Assembly: GCA_010671975.1 (NCBI GenBank)
Contig: JAAHIA010000007.1
Location: forward strand, 1-46,112
Direction: 5' to 3'
Length of the DNA: 46,112 bases
Source of the DNA: Leptolyngbya sp. SIO4C1
Lineage (GTDB): Bacteria > Cyanobacteriota > Cyanobacteriia > Phormidesmidales > Phormidesmidaceae
The notes under the pieces are model-generated. The model saw only the letters and a list, made by a program, of their open reading frames with translations, was not told where the DNA came from and searched no databases. This document shows, piece after piece, positions 43,971-46,112 of the stretch. The position numbers and the translations under genes were made by a program. Every line of letters starts with the position of its first letter. Position 1 is the first letter of the stretch.

Positions 43971-45035
43971 TCACTGTCTCGAAAACACGAGATCAGCAAA
44001 TAGCTTTTGGCGCAATCGCCAGGTGTCAGCATGGTCAAGATGGGCCAGCCAGCTTTGCATTGACCGATCCAACTCTTGAAACCCTATTTTACCGCTAGCA
44101 TAGTCAGCCTGCAGCTGTTTGAGTCGGCGTCTGGCTCGACGCAGGTTTTCGCTACGCACGCGGATACACACATCCTTTGAGCAGCCTTCACCTTTTGGCA
44201 GTATCCGAAATCCCAAAAAGTTAGCACCATGACGAGTCTCAAAGAGTTGGCTTTTGACAGGGTGGACCTTGAGCCGTAGCCCGACCAGGTAATCTTCCAG
44301 GGCAGTGCGGGCCTTAGCCAGAAATCCTTGATCGTCACTAAATAAGGCGAAGTCATCCACATATCGAACGTACTTTTTTACCTGGAGCTGCTCTTTCACA
44401 AAGTGATCGAAGCCGTTGAGGTAAACATTAGCAAAGAACTGACTGGTAAGATTGCCAATCGGCAACCCCCGTCGCCGTTCTAACATCGTCAGCAAATCGT
44501 CTCCTGGAAATAGCTCATGGACTGGAATCTGCTCATTGCTGTGGTCAATGATGCAGTCAATCAGCCAAAGCGTATCCGGGCATTTAATCTTGCGCCGCAC
44601 GATCGCTTTGAGAATGGTCAGGTCAATGCTAGGAAATATTTTTGGATATCGCACTGCAGCACATAGGGCGTGGTGCGCATAAATTGAATGAGCCGCTGTA
44701 GCGCCCGGTGGGTGCCATAACCAATACGATTGGCATAGGAGTCATCAATAAAGGTGCGCTCGAAAATGGGCTGAATGATATTGCAAAGGGCATGGTGGAC
44801 GACACGATCGCGATAGGGAGCCGCAGAAATCATCCGTAGTTTAGGATCGTAGATTTCAAAGGTGGTATAGCCTCCAGGCTTATACGTTTTATGAGTAAGC
44901 TCGGCCTGAAGAGCTAACAGCGCTGACTCCAGACTGTAGTTGAATCGCAAGACACTTGCCTGCATCCGTTTGCCCCGCTGGGCATTGCGAGCCGCCAGGA
45001 GCAGGTTCTCAAAGTGAATGACCTGAGGCCAAAGG
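43971..45035 (-). pseudogene. DGR reverse transcriptase body, with its 5' end removed by the IS and a 1-nt frameshift.
   Basis: [21 protein letters not shown]..., [41 protein letters not shown] (DGR-type motif) and [11 protein letters not shown]. The frame breaks at about 44632..44633 (QKYF then PSID needs one more C). Confidence 0.85.
45027..45035. repeat. 9-bp target-site duplication GGCCAAAGG (partner copy 721..729).
   Basis: See 721..729. Confidence 0.8.
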
Positions 45036-45052
45036 CTGATTGACTGACAAAA
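45036..45052. repeat. Terminal inverted repeat of the junction-spanning IS (CTGATTGACTGACAAAA).
   Basis: Reverse complement of 704..720. Confidence 0.85.
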
Positions 45053-45053
45053 G

Positions 45054-46112
45054 TTATTCAGGCGCGTATGAGTACGTTAGTACTCTGAACTCCAGACGAT
45101 AGGCTCGTTTCTCGTGTTGTTTGCGCGAGGCCATCGCCGGGTCAGGGTCACGATTGGTTGTGAAGCTAACCTTGCGGACAATGCGCCAGCCTTGCACAGC
45201 AGCAGCCTTGAGCCAGTCCCAGCCAATGCGAAAGTAGCTGCTACCGCGAAACCAGTGGGCATCGACCCAGCGACGCTGATGCTCAGCGACAACCTGAGTG
45301 CCCTGAGCGGTGACAAACAGGGTTGCCAGCGCCAGAATGAACCAGAGTCTAGACAGCGCACAGACCGAACGAATCTGCGACTTTTGCAGATTCCACCCGC
45401 TGGATTGGTCGTCTCGGAAATTCTGCTCAATGTCGAACCTCAAAGCGTACTCACAGAAGGTCTGCAGCGTGGTCGGCTGATCGCTGACAATCGCCCAGAA
45501 CTCGCCGTTGAGGTTGTTGCGCCCGAAGGCGATGTGGACCGGGCCGTAGCATTGCCCTTTGTGGATGCGAACGTTGTGAAAGCACAGCGCTTCCCCACGC
45601 TTGAAGTGAATGTCCTTGAGCTGTGACCATCCCTTGCCAGCACGCCATATCCAGGTGTTCTTCTTCAACCGGATACGATAGTGCCAGCCCCACTGCTGGC
45701 TGAGGGCTCGCATCAAGTCTGTGTGCACAAAGCCTCGGTCAGCCAAGAGCACTACCTTGAGACCCACTGGCAAGCACTCGGCGGCTTGGTGCAAGAGCGC
45801 TTCGTACTCAGCAAAAGCCACCGCCGCGCTGCTATGGTGCAGCACCCGCCAAGCCACTGGCAAGGCACGACCGCGATGGACCACCGCCACCCGTATCAGG
45901 CAGTACTCGTCCCAGAATAGTGAAGTATCCAAGCTCAAGAAGAGGCACTCGTCTTGCCATTCGCTGATGGCAGCCTGTATCAGCGGCTTGTATAGCTTGT
46001 GGACATTGATGCGAGCATTGTTGAGCCAGCGCTGTACCCGCCTTTGCTTGCTTTGAGCGTAGCGACCTCGACTGGGTAGATAGGGCACCCAGCGAGTGAG
46101 GTTCACTTCTCC
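45054..46112 (-). CDS. IS4-superfamily DDE transposase, catalytic part. The frame stays open to the window end.
   Basis: [30 protein letters not shown] and [16 protein letters not shown] give D, D and E/K landmarks of IS4-like (DDE_Tnp_1) enzymes. [16 protein letters not shown] resembles cyanobacterial IS4-family N-terminal regions. Confidence 0.75.
   Translation of the reverse strand, partial: GEVNLTRWVPYLPSRGRYAQSKQRRVQRWLNNARINVHKLYKPLIQAAISEWQDECLFLSLDTSLFWDEYCLIRVAVVHRGRALPVAWRVLHHSSAAVAFAEYEALLHQAAECLPVGLKVVLLADRGFVHTDLMRALSQQWGWHYRIRLKKNTWIWRAGKGWSQLKDIHFKRGEALCFHNVRIHKGQCYGPVHIAFGRNNLNGEFWAIVSDQPTTLQTFCEYALRFDIEQNFRDDQSSGWNLQKSQIRSVCALSRLWFILALATLFVTAQGTQVVAEHQRRWVDAHWFRGSSYFRIGWDWLKAAAVQGWRIVRKVSFTTNRDPDPAMASRKQHEKRAYRLEFRVLTYSYAPE

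Larger units (their letters stand above)
45036..46112 (-). mobile_element. Other part of the IS that is cut by the window ends.
   Basis: See 1..720. Confidence 0.75.

Noticed and set aside
43735-43974. A 79-aa ORF ([48 protein letters not shown]...).
   Set aside because: It is the template repeat read as protein. It has no FGE domain upstream and an Asn/AAC-rich pattern. It sits directly after the RT, so it is an RNA template and not a gene.

Overview
The window reads as a cyanobacterial-type plasmid. GCGATCGC (HIP1) palindromes occur more than 30 times by eye, and DUF4278 and Uma2 genes are present. The two window ends appear to be contiguous, so this is probably a complete circle of about 46.1 kb. 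The main feature is a roughly 13-kb minus-strand locus that wraps across the window ends (9825 down to 721, then 45035 down to 42758). It encodes a diversity-generating retroelement (DGR): Avd at 752..1108, a reverse transcriptase with the IGNLTSQ motif, and a 120-bp template repeat at 43832..43951. The DGR is embedded in a trypsin-like protease / MoxR AAA+ ATPase / vWA-type conflict-system operon. Three genes end in formylglycine-generating-enzyme (FGE, C-type-lectin fold) modules. Their last 120 bp (1190..1309, 9044..9163, 42796..42915) differ from the template repeat only at template adenines. One of these three is the 1016-aa vWA protein of the MoxR/protease operon. The locus carries three lesions. 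An IS with 17-bp inverted repeats and a 9-bp duplication splits the RT after about 9 codons and spans the window junction. The RT also has a 1-nt frameshift. An IS256-family element interrupts the small first gene of the protease operon. The rest of the plasmid carries a ParA/RHH partition locus flanked by TTAATCGATTAA palindromes and a small tyrosine recombinase. It also has toxin-antitoxin pairs (VapBC-like, TumE-like) and phage-like genes (HNH, Rad52-like, SWIM, S24 repressor-like). An IS630 element with an A8 slippery site and several AT-richer islands are present. The plasmid has notable internal paralogy: two direct non-coding repeats of about 560 bp, two paralogous three-gene modules, and two 177-aa paralogs. 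No rRNA, tRNA or CRISPR array was seen. All calls come from reading the sequence and from remembered family signatures. No database search was run.
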